Shown piece after piece: positions 1-10,628 of a stretch of DNA of 64,000 bases. Within the stretch, counting starts at the first letter, position 1, and each line of letters begins with the position of its first letter. The position numbers and the translations under genes are program-made. The stretch spans positions 372,001 through 436,000 of the IMG/VR virus record IMGVR_UViG_3300028920_000022; one strand, 5' to 3'. The notes below the pieces were generated by a model. It worked only from the letters and a program-made list of their open reading frames with translations. It was not told where the DNA came from and made no database searches.

Positions 1-1386
1 CACCTTGGCGTGACCGGAAAATTGGGTGTGTACGATGGGTCATGGAGAGGATTGGGATCTGCGATTACCGGTGAGCAGTCAGTGGAATTTCACTGCAACG
101 ACACAGCCAACACGATCGAGGCTTACCGAACCGGCACCCTAGTTGGACAGGCTACTTACGGCGCATCCGTGGCGATGGGCGGAACCACTGCGCTGTTATC
201 GCACAATGGGCAAGCGGCTGGGTTTATTGATGGTTCCATCCAAGAACTCTGGGGCCGCGATTCCCTCATGTCGACCACCGAAATCTTCGAGTCCCGCGCC
301 GCCCGTGCAGCAAAGTATCCTACTCGGTGGGCTGATACTTTACCATTAGTTGTACCAGTGGGACCGGAAGGATGTTGGTTCGATACTAGTTCAGCTGATA
401 ATTTTGTATTGGATGGCACGGACATCATCGTCGCCAAGGACTGCAGCCGGCAGATTGACGATCCGCTGGTGGACGGTGACATGGAAGCGGTGGGGACCGC
501 TAACTGGGCGTCACTGTCCGGCGCCACGATCACGAAACAGGGCGGCGCATATCAGGGCGCACAATGCCTGCGTGCCGCTCTCGCCGTCGCTGACACGTTC
601 GGGGCCGCCCGTCAGGTGGCGTTGACGGTCGGCGAGCGGTATTTGGTCGAAGGTGTTGCTCAGGGTGACGGCACCAACGGTTTCCCGCGTCTATATTTTG
701 GCGGTTCTCAGAACCTGTGGAACGGCACAACGGCCAACGCTTGGCAGGAGTGCGTAGCGGTCGAAACGGCTGGGTTCACTCAACTGGACTTGGGCGTCGG
801 TGGTGTCAATGGCACGGCTGACTATGCTGAGTGGGATGCAGTCACCATCACCCCCGGAAACCACGGCTACCAGGCTACGAGCGCGAACCGGCCGACGTAT
901 GACGTAGCCAACAAATGCATGACATTCACGGCGGCGAACAGTGAACTTCTAGACTGGGTGGTCCCGAACGCAAGCGCGGGAACATTGTTGGGGTGGGTTA
1001 AGTTCGGGGGTGTGCAACAAACACTGGCTGGATCATGGGATACCAGCGACTATTGCTTGCTCGAATTGGACGGCGCACAAAAGGTTCGGGCATATGTCGG
1101 AACACACGTTATCGTTAGTACAAACACACTGTCTACTGGTGTGTGGCACCTTCTGGCTATAACGTGGGACGGATCATCTGAAACGTTATACATTGACAAC
1201 TTGCCCCCGCAGTCTAAATCAGACGGGGACTCTGCCAGCACCCGTGCCTTGACCGTTGGGGCGCGTGATTTCAACGGTGCGATCGATTGGTATTTGAACG
1301 GATCGATCAGCGACGTACAGCTTCGTCCCTACGCAATCACGGCGGCTGAGTACGCCTACCTCTACGGCATCGGGCGCAACCCATGA
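1..1386 (+). CDS. Tail fibre / receptor-binding-like protein with carbohydrate-binding and C-terminal LamG (ConA-like) domains; 5'-partial
   Basis: Frame is open from base 1. C-terminus has a LamG pattern (WHLLAITWDGSSETLYID...LNGSISDVQL). Visibly GC-richer than the rest of the window. Confidence 0.6.
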   Translation, partial: HLGVTGKLGVYDGSWRGLGSAITGEQSVEFHCNDTANTIEAYRTGTLVGQATYGASVAMGGTTALLSHNGQAAGFIDGSIQELWGRDSLMSTTEIFESRAARAAKYPTRWADTLPLVVPVGPEGCWFDTSSADNFVLDGTDIIVAKDCSRQIDDPLVDGDMEAVGTANWASLSGATITKQGGAYQGAQCLRAALAVADTFGAARQVALTVGERYLVEGVAQGDGTNGFPRLYFGGSQNLWNGTTANAWQECVAVETAGFTQLDLGVGGVNGTADYAEWDAVTITPGNHGYQATSANRPTYDVANKCMTFTAANSELLDWVVPNASAGTLLGWVKFGGVQQTLAGSWDTSDYCLLELDGAQKVRAYVGTHVIVSTNTLSTGVWHLLAITWDGSSETLYIDNLPPQSKSDGDSASTRALTVGARDFNGAIDWYLNGSISDVQLRPYAITAAEYAYLYGIGRNP

Positions 1387-1447
1387 CCCGTCTCGCCGCG
1401 GTCGCCCCGTTCGTTGCGGAGCCGACCAACAAAGGTTATCGCAAAAC

Positions 1448-2131
1448 ATGAAAGAGGAAATGGAGAAACTGCTGATACGAATTATACTTCTTATTACCGC
1501 TTGCACCCCGCCAATACAACAACCAAATCCCGAACAATCGGCAGCAGTCCTGCTACGTCTTAATCACCCATATTGTGGCGCCGTGGCGGTTAGTCCACAC
1601 CACCTCGTAACCACCGAACATTGTATGATGGGAGCTACTATAGTAGAATACCTGGATCAAGATGGTTGGCGATTCTGGAACCCACATTCGGCAACATTAA
1701 TACGTACCGATAAACCACGAGACCTAGCCCTGCTCGAAACCGAATACCCGCTTACTTCATGGAGTAAACCTCGCACCGAAGAATTAGTTGCGGGTGAACC
1801 GGTATGCACCAGTGCTCGATTTACTTGGATCTGCGGCAAGGTAATACATCCACTCACGCTTGCATGTGTGGATCGTGGAAATGGTAAACTATGTTCGAAA
1901 AAATCCATCGAAGCCCAAGAATGGTTGACTGAAACAGATTTGCCCACTTGGGTTGGATTGAGCGGATCGGGTGTGTGGGATGCACAAGGTAGAATTGTGG
2001 GAATTACAGTTGCAGCCACAAACAATAGAGGATTGCACGTCCGACCCCGGGCAATACTGTTTTTTTTAACAATACCCACAAAAGGAAGACCGCTTCCCCT
2101 CATTTTAGGTGAGGGACAGTCACAGCAATAG
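1448..2131 (+). CDS. Trypsin-like serine protease, possible lipoprotein
   Basis: TTEHC, RDLALL and GLSGSG give the catalytic H/D/S; N-terminal hydrophobic stretch ends in LITAC. Confidence 0.75.
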   Translation: MKEEMEKLLIRIILLITACTPPIQQPNPEQSAAVLLRLNHPYCGAVAVSPHHLVTTEHCMMGATIVEYLDQDGWRFWNPHSATLIRTDKPRDLALLETEYPLTSWSKPRTEELVAGEPVCTSARFTWICGKVIHPLTLACVDRGNGKLCSKKSIEAQEWLTETDLPTWVGLSGSGVWDAQGRIVGITVAATNNRGLHVRPRAILFFLTIPTKGRPLPLILGEGQSQQ

Positions 2132-2163
2132 GCATATTTGACTATATTCCATAGGAGATAGAT

Positions 2164-2487
2164 ATGGCAGCTGGTGGTATTAATAAAATTACTCAAGGCA
2201 TAGATCATAATACTTTCAAACGGGTAAATGTAAACTATGACTCTTTTGATACACTGTCTGATGTGGTTTTTAAATATCGTCATAGAAATCTAAGTTTTTC
2301 TATGGTATTTGAGGGCACAGGAACAATTCAATACTCTTTCAATGGTAATACCGTACATGGCGATATGCAGTCCGGAACAGCTACAGCCTCCATATTCTTT
2401 GATAATAGAAATGTCTCCGGGATATGGTTTAGACGTAGCGCTGGCGATGGCGGCAATGTTAGAGTAGAAGGTTGGGCTAATCCCTAA
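2164..2487 (+). CDS. Hypothetical beta-rich protein
   Basis: 107-aa ORF with an AGGAG RBS. Confidence 0.6.
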   Translation: MAAGGINKITQGIDHNTFKRVNVNYDSFDTLSDVVFKYRHRNLSFSMVFEGTGTIQYSFNGNTVHGDMQSGTATASIFFDNRNVSGIWFRRSAGDGGNVRVEGWANP

Positions 2488-2488
2488 T

Positions 2489-3166
2489 ATGTTATGGGAA
2501 GACCTTGAAGCTGTTGTTCCTGCCGTCATGTCCATTCCAGAACGTGCCGATTCTGTAAAAGAACTATTATCCCAACTAGGTAAACAATGCCATGGAATAG
2601 TCACACATATTATTCCACAATGGCATAATGGACCCAATAGTCGAGATGCTTTTGAATCCTTAGAGAGGGGTTTACAAAGTATACATAAACCTTGGATTTT
2701 ATATTTTGAAGATGATGCAGAATTGGCGCCAGATTTTGGGGAAAAAGCTCTTCCAATAATTGAATCTATAGATAAGCAATGTGGAGTAATTTCCTTTTTT
2801 TCCTGTTGGAACCAGGATGTTCGTATGCATAAAGAGGGGGTATGTTTATATGAGCCTTTTCATGAGCCATTTACTTTTTCTCAAGGGGTGGCAATTCGTT
2901 TAGAGATAGCAAAACGTTGGCGAGAACAAATGTTACCTTGGTGGGATAATGCTAAAATGCCTTACCATCATGAGGCACAGGATCAGTTGCTAGGCGAATG
3001 CTGTTATGAAATGGGATATAAAATATTAACTTGTTTGCCCAATTTGGTCGAGCATAGATTTACACCTTCTGCATATGGTCATGATCATAATGTTCGATCC
3101 AAGACTTTTGGGGTTGTTTTGAAAGAAAAATATCAAAAAGCCCCCAAAAAGATTCTTTGGAAATAA
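2489..3166 (+). CDS. Glycosyltransferase (GT-A fold, GT25-like)
   Basis: ILYFEDD motif, D-x-L-L-G acceptor motif, PNLVEH. Confidence 0.65.
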   Translation: MLWEDLEAVVPAVMSIPERADSVKELLSQLGKQCHGIVTHIIPQWHNGPNSRDAFESLERGLQSIHKPWILYFEDDAELAPDFGEKALPIIESIDKQCGVISFFSCWNQDVRMHKEGVCLYEPFHEPFTFSQGVAIRLEIAKRWREQMLPWWDNAKMPYHHEAQDQLLGECCYEMGYKILTCLPNLVEHRFTPSAYGHDHNVRSKTFGVVLKEKYQKAPKKILWK

Positions 3167-3167
3167 T

Positions 3168-3196
3168 TTGACATTTGAAACATCTCGTTATATGAT
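3168..3196 (+). promoter_or_regulatory. Sigma70-type promoter, probably leaderless, for the deaminase gene
   Basis: TTGACA-17 nt-TATGAT, with ATG 5 nt after the -10 box. Confidence 0.7.
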
Positions 3197-3201
3197 AAGT
3201 A

Positions 3202-3537
3202 ATGTTATTGGAAGCAGTACGTTTAGCCGCCACCGATTGTCATACCAATAAGAATTTCTTCATTGGTTGCATAGCTTTACGTAGAGATGGAGTATATGTT
3301 CGTTCTAAAAATTCCCGAGTAAAAGATCCAAATCTTAACGGACATGCCGAAGCAAAAGCCCTTAAGAAAGCCGGAAGAGGATCTATATTATGGGTAGCTA
3401 GGGTCCTGAAAGATGGAAAAACCTGGGCTATAGCGAAACCCTGCAAAAAATGTCAAGCCTTGATTAAAAACAAGGGTGTAAAAAGAGTCTATTATACCAT
3501 AGGTCCTGGTGAATATGGTATATGGGATCCGGCATAA
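3202..3537 (+). CDS. Cytidine/dCMP deaminase family Zn-binding protein
   Basis: HAE and PCKKC motifs. Confidence 0.85.
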   Translation: MLLEAVRLAATDCHTNKNFFIGCIALRRDGVYVRSKNSRVKDPNLNGHAEAKALKKAGRGSILWVARVLKDGKTWAIAKPCKKCQALIKNKGVKRVYYTIGPGEYGIWDPA

Positions 3538-4070
3538 CAACACATATTGATATGGATTATAAGCAATTATCTAAAGCAACTCACAATTTTCAAAAACTTG
3601 CCCTGCAGTCTTCGCAATTCAATAACTCAACTATCGCTGATGCGTTGGTATCAGCAAAACTGGTAAAATATGCGGATGACTCTATGCAAGAGCCTACACT
3701 GGTTAACCCATATTATAATCTATTAATGGGGATTAATAAGCAATTTATTAAAATGGTTGAGCAATATAACCGTTTGGTTAAACAACCTTATTCTAAAGCC
3801 GTAGAAAGACAAATAAACCAATTAGAGGCGAAAATTAAATCTATGCTTGGGGATTATGGTGTAGCTGTAATTGCAACATCAAAAGGAAATGTACAAGTAG
3901 AGATAGGAAACATTCGTTATATTTCTAGGAATCCAAAATTAAACCTGGCATTTTCCGGGTTATCCAAGAAGATTCAATCTATAGTATCGCAGTATATAAG
4001 ATCTCAAAATTTTGCGGTAAATTCCAAGGCTGTATTAAATCTGATGCCACGGTTTAGTTTAGATTGGTAG
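3522..4070 (+). CDS. Hypothetical protein
   Basis: 182-aa ORF; the true start may be the second Met. Confidence 0.55.
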   Translation: MGSGITTHIDMDYKQLSKATHNFQKLALQSSQFNNSTIADALVSAKLVKYADDSMQEPTLVNPYYNLLMGINKQFIKMVEQYNRLVKQPYSKAVERQINQLEAKIKSMLGDYGVAVIATSKGNVQVEIGNIRYISRNPKLNLAFSGLSKKIQSIVSQYIRSQNFAVNSKAVLNLMPRFSLDW

Positions 4071-4449
4071 GACAGCACCATTTATTGGTGGCTAAATTTT
4101 TATTATTTTCGTCAGGAATCATATTACAATTATCCTGGGGCGGATCATATATTCTTGAGCAAACCATTGCTACTCCTTTATCACAGGAGAAGGCGATAGT
4201 AGTTTTACAACCGCCCCCACATTTGCCCACGGGACCGAAGCGGAAGTTTCCGTTATCTGCTGGGAAATCTGCGCCACACATTTGGTGTCCGGAGCATTCT
4301 CCACAGGATATTAATTCTGTTGGGTTTTCAGACCGAGGATCCTGATAAAAACCACATTCAGCTCTTACTTGAGTTTCGCAATACATTTCTTCAAACGTAC
4401 CACTTTGGTTCATTGTTAGCCAGAAAAGAATTAGTAGAATATTTTCCAT
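4054..4449 (-). CDS. Secreted Cys-rich hypothetical protein
   Basis: Signal-like N-terminus and many Cys; upstream - strand TTGACA-17-TATAAC at 4484-4456. Confidence 0.6.
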   Translation of the reverse strand: MENILLILFWLTMNQSGTFEEMYCETQVRAECGFYQDPRSENPTELISCGECSGHQMCGADFPADNGNFRFGPVGKCGGGCKTTIAFSCDKGVAMVCSRIYDPPQDNCNMIPDENNKNLATNKWCCPTNLN

Positions 4450-4499
4450 GACCTAGTTATAACCTAAAAGAAAACTCCTGTCAACTAGAATATTTCAGC

Positions 4500-5174
4500 A
4501 TGCCTATTATGAGCAAGGCAACCAGATTTTTAAACATATTGTCCTACAAATCTTCCGTAGATATTAAAGTAAAATTCAAAAACGAATCTACATTAATGAA
4601 AATTCTGTCGTATTTATTATTCTTCAACCGACAGTTCATGACAAAATATATAACTACAATTTCTGATACAATTTATTTTCCCACAAGTGAAATGTTTGAA
4701 TCCGATGATCACAGTAGTATTTCAATTGTAGCGCATGAATACGTACATATAATGGATTCTCATCAAGATAAATTATTTAAGGTCAAGTATTTATTGCCAC
4801 AAATTTTGGCGCCATTAATGTTATTGTGGGCATTTTTATCATGGTGGGTAGCGATTCCATTATTTGTATTATTTTTGTTACCATTGCCGGCATATTGGCG
4901 AAAAGAGTATGAAGTGCGTGGTTATAAGATGTCTTTATTTGTGGAGGGGGAATGGTCTAAGAATTGGGCAAAAGAAGATCGGGTCAGATATTTAACAGCT
5001 TTAGCCGATCATTATAATTCACAATTTACGAGTAGTGCGTATTATTTTATGTGGCCATTTGGAGTAAGTAAGCAATTGAATCAGATGGTAGAAAATATTG
5101 TTTCTGATGATATATTAGGAGATAGGACTTTATACGAACAAGTACGAAGTGCTTTAGAAGAATCTGAAGAGTAA
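4500..5174 (+). CDS. Membrane-associated zincin-like metallopeptidase
   Basis: AHEYVH motif, downstream E-x-x-G-Y, central TM hairpin. Confidence 0.6.
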   Translation: MPIMSKATRFLNILSYKSSVDIKVKFKNESTLMKILSYLLFFNRQFMTKYITTISDTIYFPTSEMFESDDHSSISIVAHEYVHIMDSHQDKLFKVKYLLPQILAPLMLLWAFLSWWVAIPLFVLFLLPLPAYWRKEYEVRGYKMSLFVEGEWSKNWAKEDRVRYLTALADHYNSQFTSSAYYFMWPFGVSKQLNQMVENIVSDDILGDRTLYEQVRSALEESEE

Positions 5175-5182
5175 GGCTCAGA

Positions 5183-6391
5183 ATGAAAAGATATGATATT
5201 GGCATTATTGGTGCTGGGATCTCAGGCGCTTTTGCTGCCCTTAGAGCAGCTGAACAGTTTCCAAGTTCAAAAACCATAATATTTGATTTAGGCAGACCAC
5301 CAGGAAAACGGCGAAGACAACTGGAAGGATGGTTGGGTTGTTTTCCAACCGGAGATGGTAAAATTAGACCAAATGATACCGAATATATAAAAGAAATTAC
5401 TGATGGTCGTAAAGTGCGTCATGCCAATAATTGGGTTACAAACCATCTTAAAGAAGCAGGTCCCTTTAAACCAATTAAAGATAGACACTTACCTGCTTCA
5501 AAACAAAAGCAAATAATAGAGGCTGGATTTAAGGTAGTACAAAATGATTATGTGCAATGGTTTCCCAAAAGTGTCCATAAATTATCTAGAATCATTTCTG
5601 ATAAATTAGAAGAAGTTGGAAATATCGAATTTAGTTTTGATAATGAAGTTTATGTTATTTTTAAACAAAAACGTCATTTTGTGGTAAACACATCAGATGG
5701 GGATTTTTGGTGTAAGAAGATTCTTTTATGTGTGGGCAGAAGTGGTTGGCGTTGGGCAACCAAATTATATAAAGATTTAGGATTAAATGTTAATGATGAT
5801 GTGGCAAAATTTGGGATACGAGTAGAAATGCCAGCCCAATATTTAAAAGAATATAATCGATCACATTGTTCATTAGTTAGACCAGATTTAACTGTGGGAC
5901 CGTTTTGTTGGAATGGCACTATTATTCCGGAAGATCATGCTGATTTAGCCATCAGTGCTTTTCGGTCCAATGAAAACCGTTGGAAAACCGATAAAACATC
6001 TTTTAAAATAATTGGAAACCGAGTCTTTAAAAACGAAGGGGTGGCACAAACGGATAGGTTAGGGAAATTAGCCTTTTTGCAATTTAATGATCGTATTGGT
6101 CGAGAAAGAGTTAAAAACGTTGTTAAAAATAAAAGTATGTTATCTTTGCTCCCCGAATATGAGTGGTTAATAGAAAGTCTTAAAGAATTAGATTCTATTA
6201 TTCCAAATTTAATTGAACGGGGATATTTTCATGCTCCTACGATTAGTCCAATGGCGGCGCCAATTCGTATAGGATCAAATTTTGAAACGGAATTGGATGG
6301 GTTTTTTGTGGCAGGAGAAAGCGCAGGATTGCCGGGAATTTTATCTGCTGCCGTTTCTGGCTCTATTGCGCTGGATGGGGCATTGACATGA
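5183..6391 (+). CDS. FAD-dependent oxidoreductase
   Basis: IIGAGISG Rossmann motif; C-terminal GFFVAGESAG...GILSAAVSG. Confidence 0.8.
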   Translation: MKRYDIGIIGAGISGAFAALRAAEQFPSSKTIIFDLGRPPGKRRRQLEGWLGCFPTGDGKIRPNDTEYIKEITDGRKVRHANNWVTNHLKEAGPFKPIKDRHLPASKQKQIIEAGFKVVQNDYVQWFPKSVHKLSRIISDKLEEVGNIEFSFDNEVYVIFKQKRHFVVNTSDGDFWCKKILLCVGRSGWRWATKLYKDLGLNVNDDVAKFGIRVEMPAQYLKEYNRSHCSLVRPDLTVGPFCWNGTIIPEDHADLAISAFRSNENRWKTDKTSFKIIGNRVFKNEGVAQTDRLGKLAFLQFNDRIGRERVKNVVKNKSMLSLLPEYEWLIESLKELDSIIPNLIERGYFHAPTISPMAAPIRIGSNFETELDGFFVAGESAGLPGILSAAVSGSIALDGALT

Positions 6392-6729
6392 TACAAGAAA
6401 AGTTTTGTGCTGAGGAAGAATATAGTGAAGGAGAACATGCCGAACCGCTATCCCAAACACTTAGAATAGATACAGAATTATTTAAAGAAGAAGACGATAT
6501 TGCTCAGAATGTCATTAGTGTAAAACGTGTTGATCTCCCTAAAGGTGGAGAAGATTGGGAAATAATAGATAACAACTTAGCTGTTCTTACTTTAAAAGGT
6601 ATGCGATTTTCTAAGAAAGAAAAATTGTTCTTGCGTACTCCTAAAGGTTTTTTGTTTCTTATGGATGGTTATAAAAATGGTTGGAAAACTATAACCAAAT
6701 TTAAAAAAGAAATCAAGAGATATATATGA
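6388..6729 (+). CDS. Hypothetical protein
   Basis: ATGA-coupled ORF. Confidence 0.6.
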   Translation: MIQEKFCAEEEYSEGEHAEPLSQTLRIDTELFKEEDDIAQNVISVKRVDLPKGGEDWEIIDNNLAVLTLKGMRFSKKEKLFLRTPKGFLFLMDGYKNGWKTITKFKKEIKRYI

Positions 6730-6917
6730 TTATATTTAAAGGAGCACATGTAGCTGCAAAGGGGACCAAATTTCTTCGGTTTGCCAATGAAGATCAGGTA
6801 GAAATCGACATTCCCGTAGAAGATGCGATTGCTGATCATATTGTTAGAAACCTGGAATTGTTGGTCAAAAAAGCCAAATCGCCTGTCGAGAGAGGAAACG
6901 ACGAGCCCTCGGAATAA
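6726..6917 (+). CDS. Hypothetical protein
   Basis: Coupled small ORF. Confidence 0.55.
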   Translation: MIIFKGAHVAAKGTKFLRFANEDQVEIDIPVEDAIADHIVRNLELLVKKAKSPVERGNDEPSE

Positions 6918-6931
6918 CCGAGGTAAAAAAA

Positions 6932-7573
6932 ATGAGCGATAGTTATATTCTCTATGTTTGCGATACCGAAACTACTGGAATCGAAGTTGGCAAACATGAA
7001 ATAATAGAATTGTCTTTAATTCGTTTGGTTTTGGATGATTCCGAAAAATGTGAGCAGAAAACCTGGAAACTGCGGGCATTAAAACCTGAAACCATCTCCG
7101 AAGAAGCTCTGCTTAAAAACGGACATAAAAGAGAAGATATTCTTTGCCTTTCCAAATATGGTAGGGAAAATTATCATCATCCAAATGAAATATTGCCGGA
7201 AATAGAAAATTGGATTGCCGAGGATAATATGTCTGCTCATGATAGGGTTCTTGGTGGTCAAAATATAGAATTCGATTATGAACATATGTTTGAATTATGG
7301 AAAGAACAGCAGGCAGAAGATACGTTTCCGTTTACTGTCGGTCATAACAAATTGGTGGTGGATACGAAACATTTGGCTATAATTATTGATTTATGTGTGG
7401 GAAGGAAAAGAGAGTTGTATAACCTTAGTGCCTTGGTTAAAGCTTTTGGAGTCAAGAAACAAAAGGCTCACAGGGCTGAAACTGATACTATTATGACTAA
7501 AGATCTATTGGTTTCTCAGCTTAATGGCATCAAAGCTGCCGCCAAAGAGGCTTTTGAATCGTGCTATAAGTGA
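6932..7573 (+). CDS. DEDDh 3'-5' exonuclease (DnaQ-like)
   Basis: DTETTG, QNIEFD and HRAETD motifs. Confidence 0.85.
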   Translation: MSDSYILYVCDTETTGIEVGKHEIIELSLIRLVLDDSEKCEQKTWKLRALKPETISEEALLKNGHKREDILCLSKYGRENYHHPNEILPEIENWIAEDNMSAHDRVLGGQNIEFDYEHMFELWKEQQAEDTFPFTVGHNKLVVDTKHLAIIIDLCVGRKRELYNLSALVKAFGVKKQKAHRAETDTIMTKDLLVSQLNGIKAAAKEAFESCYK

Positions 7574-8598
7574 TGCGAATTCTTTATGCTGCAGGTAATC
7601 GAATTGGCGCCAATAGCCAACTTTGTCGTTTTGTAGACGCCGCAGCTCCTCAACATGAAATTAAAAAAGCTGCCTACCTCCAGGCTAGTGGCTCCATCCC
7701 TCATATCGATTGGACCCTTGACGCGCTGCATCATAATATAATTACGAACAAGTGCAGCAAGGAGTTATTGAATTTATTTGGGCATTCCGGGGTGCCCATG
7801 GTAAACATTTACAGTGTCACTACATTTTTCAAAGAAGTGGAGGAATTCGAGCCAGAGGTAGTGATAAGTGATGGGGAACCGATAGCGGCGCACATAGCCA
7901 AGAGTTTAAATATAAAATTATGGTATTGCAGCCCCATACATTTACTTGACGGGGTCAGGTGGGATAAAGGTCAATTAAGGTACACAACCTTCTTAAATAA
8001 AATGAGACAAAACTTAATAAGGTTTCCTGAGCCTGACCGTGCTTTCGTATATTCCCCCTTCGGAGATATCAAATTCCGTCCGTTCCTAAATTCTGGGTTT
8101 GAATGGATTACCCCATATTATTTAAAATCTGAACTTGGAAATAATAATTGCCTTGCCGTTATCAACGATTATAATAGATTTTCAGAGTTATCGAAAATAT
8201 TAAATGGTGCTGCAAATGATATTACATTATATTCTCCGTATAAGGAAGAGTTTTCGAACATGAAAACTGGGTTAATAGGGGATCTTAAGAAACATTTGGA
8301 AAAAAATAGTTATCAATCTATATTTACTACGGGGGAAACTAGTTATATTGCGGATGCATTTTACTCTGGTTGTAATATATGTGTTAGTCCTACATTGGGG
8401 GATGTGGAGACATTATTAAATGCGATTTTGGTAAAGGAATATAAATTAGGAACTGACATACATCAGGTAGAATTTATGGAAAGTTATGCTTTAGACGAAG
8501 TAGAAAAGGCATTAAACAAGGAACCGGAAACAAATTATTGGAGTTTACAAAATCGTCCATTTTTACACGAAGCATTAGTCGAGCTGAAAAAGCAATGA
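7570..8598 (+). CDS. GT-B glycosyltransferase-like protein (MJ1255-like), possibly divergent
   Basis: MRILYAAG N-terminus; FEPEVVISDGEP. Confidence 0.6.
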   Translation: MMRILYAAGNRIGANSQLCRFVDAAAPQHEIKKAAYLQASGSIPHIDWTLDALHHNIITNKCSKELLNLFGHSGVPMVNIYSVTTFFKEVEEFEPEVVISDGEPIAAHIAKSLNIKLWYCSPIHLLDGVRWDKGQLRYTTFLNKMRQNLIRFPEPDRAFVYSPFGDIKFRPFLNSGFEWITPYYLKSELGNNNCLAVINDYNRFSELSKILNGAANDITLYSPYKEEFSNMKTGLIGDLKKHLEKNSYQSIFTTGETSYIADAFYSGCNICVSPTLGDVETLLNAILVKEYKLGTDIHQVEFMESYALDEVEKALNKEPETNYWSLQNRPFLHEALVELKKQ

Positions 8599-8615
8599 TC
8601 TCAACTAATTGAGTT

Positions 8616-8786
8616 ATGTTACTTATACGTAGATTTAAAAAAGATGAAGTTCTTAAAATTGTAGCGGAATATGCATCTCGGTCATTACCCGAGGAGAAGC
8701 AGGGGGTTATAGAATCTCGGGAAACCAAGGATGGAGGGGTAGAGGTATATTTTATTGAAGAAGACAGAGAAAAATCGATTAATTGA
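8616..8786 (+). CDS. Small hypothetical protein (56 aa, not in the ORF track)
   Basis: MLLIRRFKKDEV...EKSIN* fills the gap and abuts the next ATG at 8788. Confidence 0.45.
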   Translation: MLLIRRFKKDEVLKIVAEYASRSLPEEKQGVIESRETKDGGVEVYFIEEDREKSIN

Positions 8787-8787
8787 T

Positions 8788-8979
8788 ATGAAACCAGAAG
8801 AAGACATTTTAAATGTAGAGCTTGACAAATTGGTAAAGGACGGGTATGTATGGGCTACCTGCCCTCGGTGTGGGCTTTTTTTAGACTCAGCAGAAGCGAA
8901 TCATTGTGATATTTGCAAAACAGATTTTGTCAAAGAAGATATCGTTTTCGTGAAAGTGGATAAAGAAAAGACATGTTAG
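8788..8979 (+). CDS. Small Zn-ribbon protein
   Basis: CPRC...CDIC. Confidence 0.55.
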   Translation: MKPEEDILNVELDKLVKDGYVWATCPRCGLFLDSAEANHCDICKTDFVKEDIVFVKVDKEKTC

Positions 8980-9191
8980 AAACATTAACTGATTCTGAAG
9001 GAACTCTTTGGGAAATTGATCAGAAAGAGTTGACGGATCCTGAAGAAACTTGGTATTATTTGCGCAGGGCGGTAGATCGTCCAGAGTGGGCAGCGAGGAT
9101 TTCTAGCATTACCTTAAAACTTACAACGCGAGAGTCTATACATGTAGCTATAATAGAATGGTTTTTAGAAACTGTATCCAAGAAAATTTAG
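8973..9191 (+). CDS. Hypothetical protein
   Basis: ORF within the operon. Confidence 0.5.
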   Translation: MLETLTDSEGTLWEIDQKELTDPEETWYYLRRAVDRPEWAARISSITLKLTTRESIHVAIIEWFLETVSKKI

Positions 9192-9210
9192 ATCAAAACG
9201 GTGATCGTTC

Positions 9211-9579
9211 ATGGACAAAAGGGCTAAAAAACTAGAAAAAGATATAATTTCGATGATGCAATTTGCTGATATGCAACAGATTAGTACTGGTAGTATTGTG
9301 TGTGACAAAAAATTCAAACCATTCAATTATAATAATATTTATCTCTCATATGTTTTACCCCACAAAAAGATAATTCTTCATGGATATTATGGAAATGATG
9401 TAAAACTTATTATTGTCACTAAAAATAACAAAGTTATTCCTAAGAACTCAAAATATTATTACCAAGCTTTGCAATTTATTCATCAAGTATTGCGTCCAAA
9501 ATATTTAAAAGTTGCCGAACGAAAAATGAAAGAAGAACAAACCTTGGCATTCTTAAAAGAAAAGGGTTTGCCAATATGA
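9211..9579 (+). CDS. Hypothetical protein
   Basis: ORF within the operon. Confidence 0.55.
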   Translation: MDKRAKKLEKDIISMMQFADMQQISTGSIVCDKKFKPFNYNNIYLSYVLPHKKIILHGYYGNDVKLIIVTKNNKVIPKNSKYYYQALQFIHQVLRPKYLKVAERKMKEEQTLAFLKEKGLPI

Positions 9580-10214
9580 ACAAAGTAACTACTAAAAAGA
9601 TTAGCACATATGAGTGTTTTGAAAAAACAATCAAACACCCCAAACATGGTACTATTATTTGTTCTGAAGGGTTTGTAAACGGCATAAAAACAGACCAAAG
9701 TTTTCGTTTAAAAAAGCCAAACCATGAAGGGTACGAGCCTGAAAGGATGACATTTATTTATTATGGTGGACCAATAGATACCCACAAAGTTAGCGAAACA
9801 CATTTTGATGATGATTGTAACTACGGTTTGACACAGGTTTTTGTTGAGGATTTAGAGAAGTTTTCAGATTTCAAAAACCTATATTGTCTCTGGATGAGCA
9901 TGGATAATAACATTTTTCGTTTAACTGATCCACGACCACTTCCTGTTGTAATGCGGTGTGAATTATGGCAAACCAAATATGATCTAGATGCCGCAGCTAA
10001 AAAACTTTCTTCTCGCAAAGACGTGAGGAATATTATACGTACCAACAACTGTGTACAGAATTGGGACATTTGCGGAAAACATAATTTGGTTTTTGATTAT
10101 TATTCTTCACAAAAAACTGTGTGTGATCTTAATGGTGTTATTTGTGAGCGCGACCGTATGATCGCAGACATAGTTGGTGTTGGAAAGTTTCGATATGAAG
10201 AAAAAGAAGACTAA
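9576..10214 (+). CDS. Hypothetical protein
   Basis: ATGA-coupled 212-aa ORF. Confidence 0.6.
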   Translation: MNKVTTKKISTYECFEKTIKHPKHGTIICSEGFVNGIKTDQSFRLKKPNHEGYEPERMTFIYYGGPIDTHKVSETHFDDDCNYGLTQVFVEDLEKFSDFKNLYCLWMSMDNNIFRLTDPRPLPVVMRCELWQTKYDLDAAAKKLSSRKDVRNIIRTNNCVQNWDICGKHNLVFDYYSSQKTVCDLNGVICERDRMIADIVGVGKFRYEEKED

Positions 10215-10628
10215 ACGTAGTAGCTCCTACGAAACACGCTTGTTAATATTCCCCAAACCAAAACGAAAACGCCCCATTAATCCTCCAGGTCCTGCGAGTG
10301 CATACGATTTAGCTACTAGACCAAAGTGGGATAATTGAAAGGGAAAACCCATATGACATTAAGACAATGGTTGGCTGGCAAATGGTTTCTATTATTGGGG
10401 CGTTGTCCTGCTTGCAAATCAAACCCTTTTGTAAAGAGATGTGGAATATGCGAAAAGAGTTTTCCATTATATGGATACCCTGTACAACAATATATATGGA
10501 GACAATATTCATGCTGGTTACAAAGCCATCAATACTATCTACTGTCTGTAAGAAAACAAACTGCGCATAAACGGTTTCAAGCTAAAGAATACGAAGAAAC
10601 ATATTCGTACAATTGAAAGAAAAAAGAT

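Noticed and set aside
10214-10338. Possible ncRNA bounded by TAGTAGCT/AGCTACTA
   Set aside because: Only an 8-bp inverted repeat; the gap is explained equally well by a 47-aa ORF at 10195-10338.
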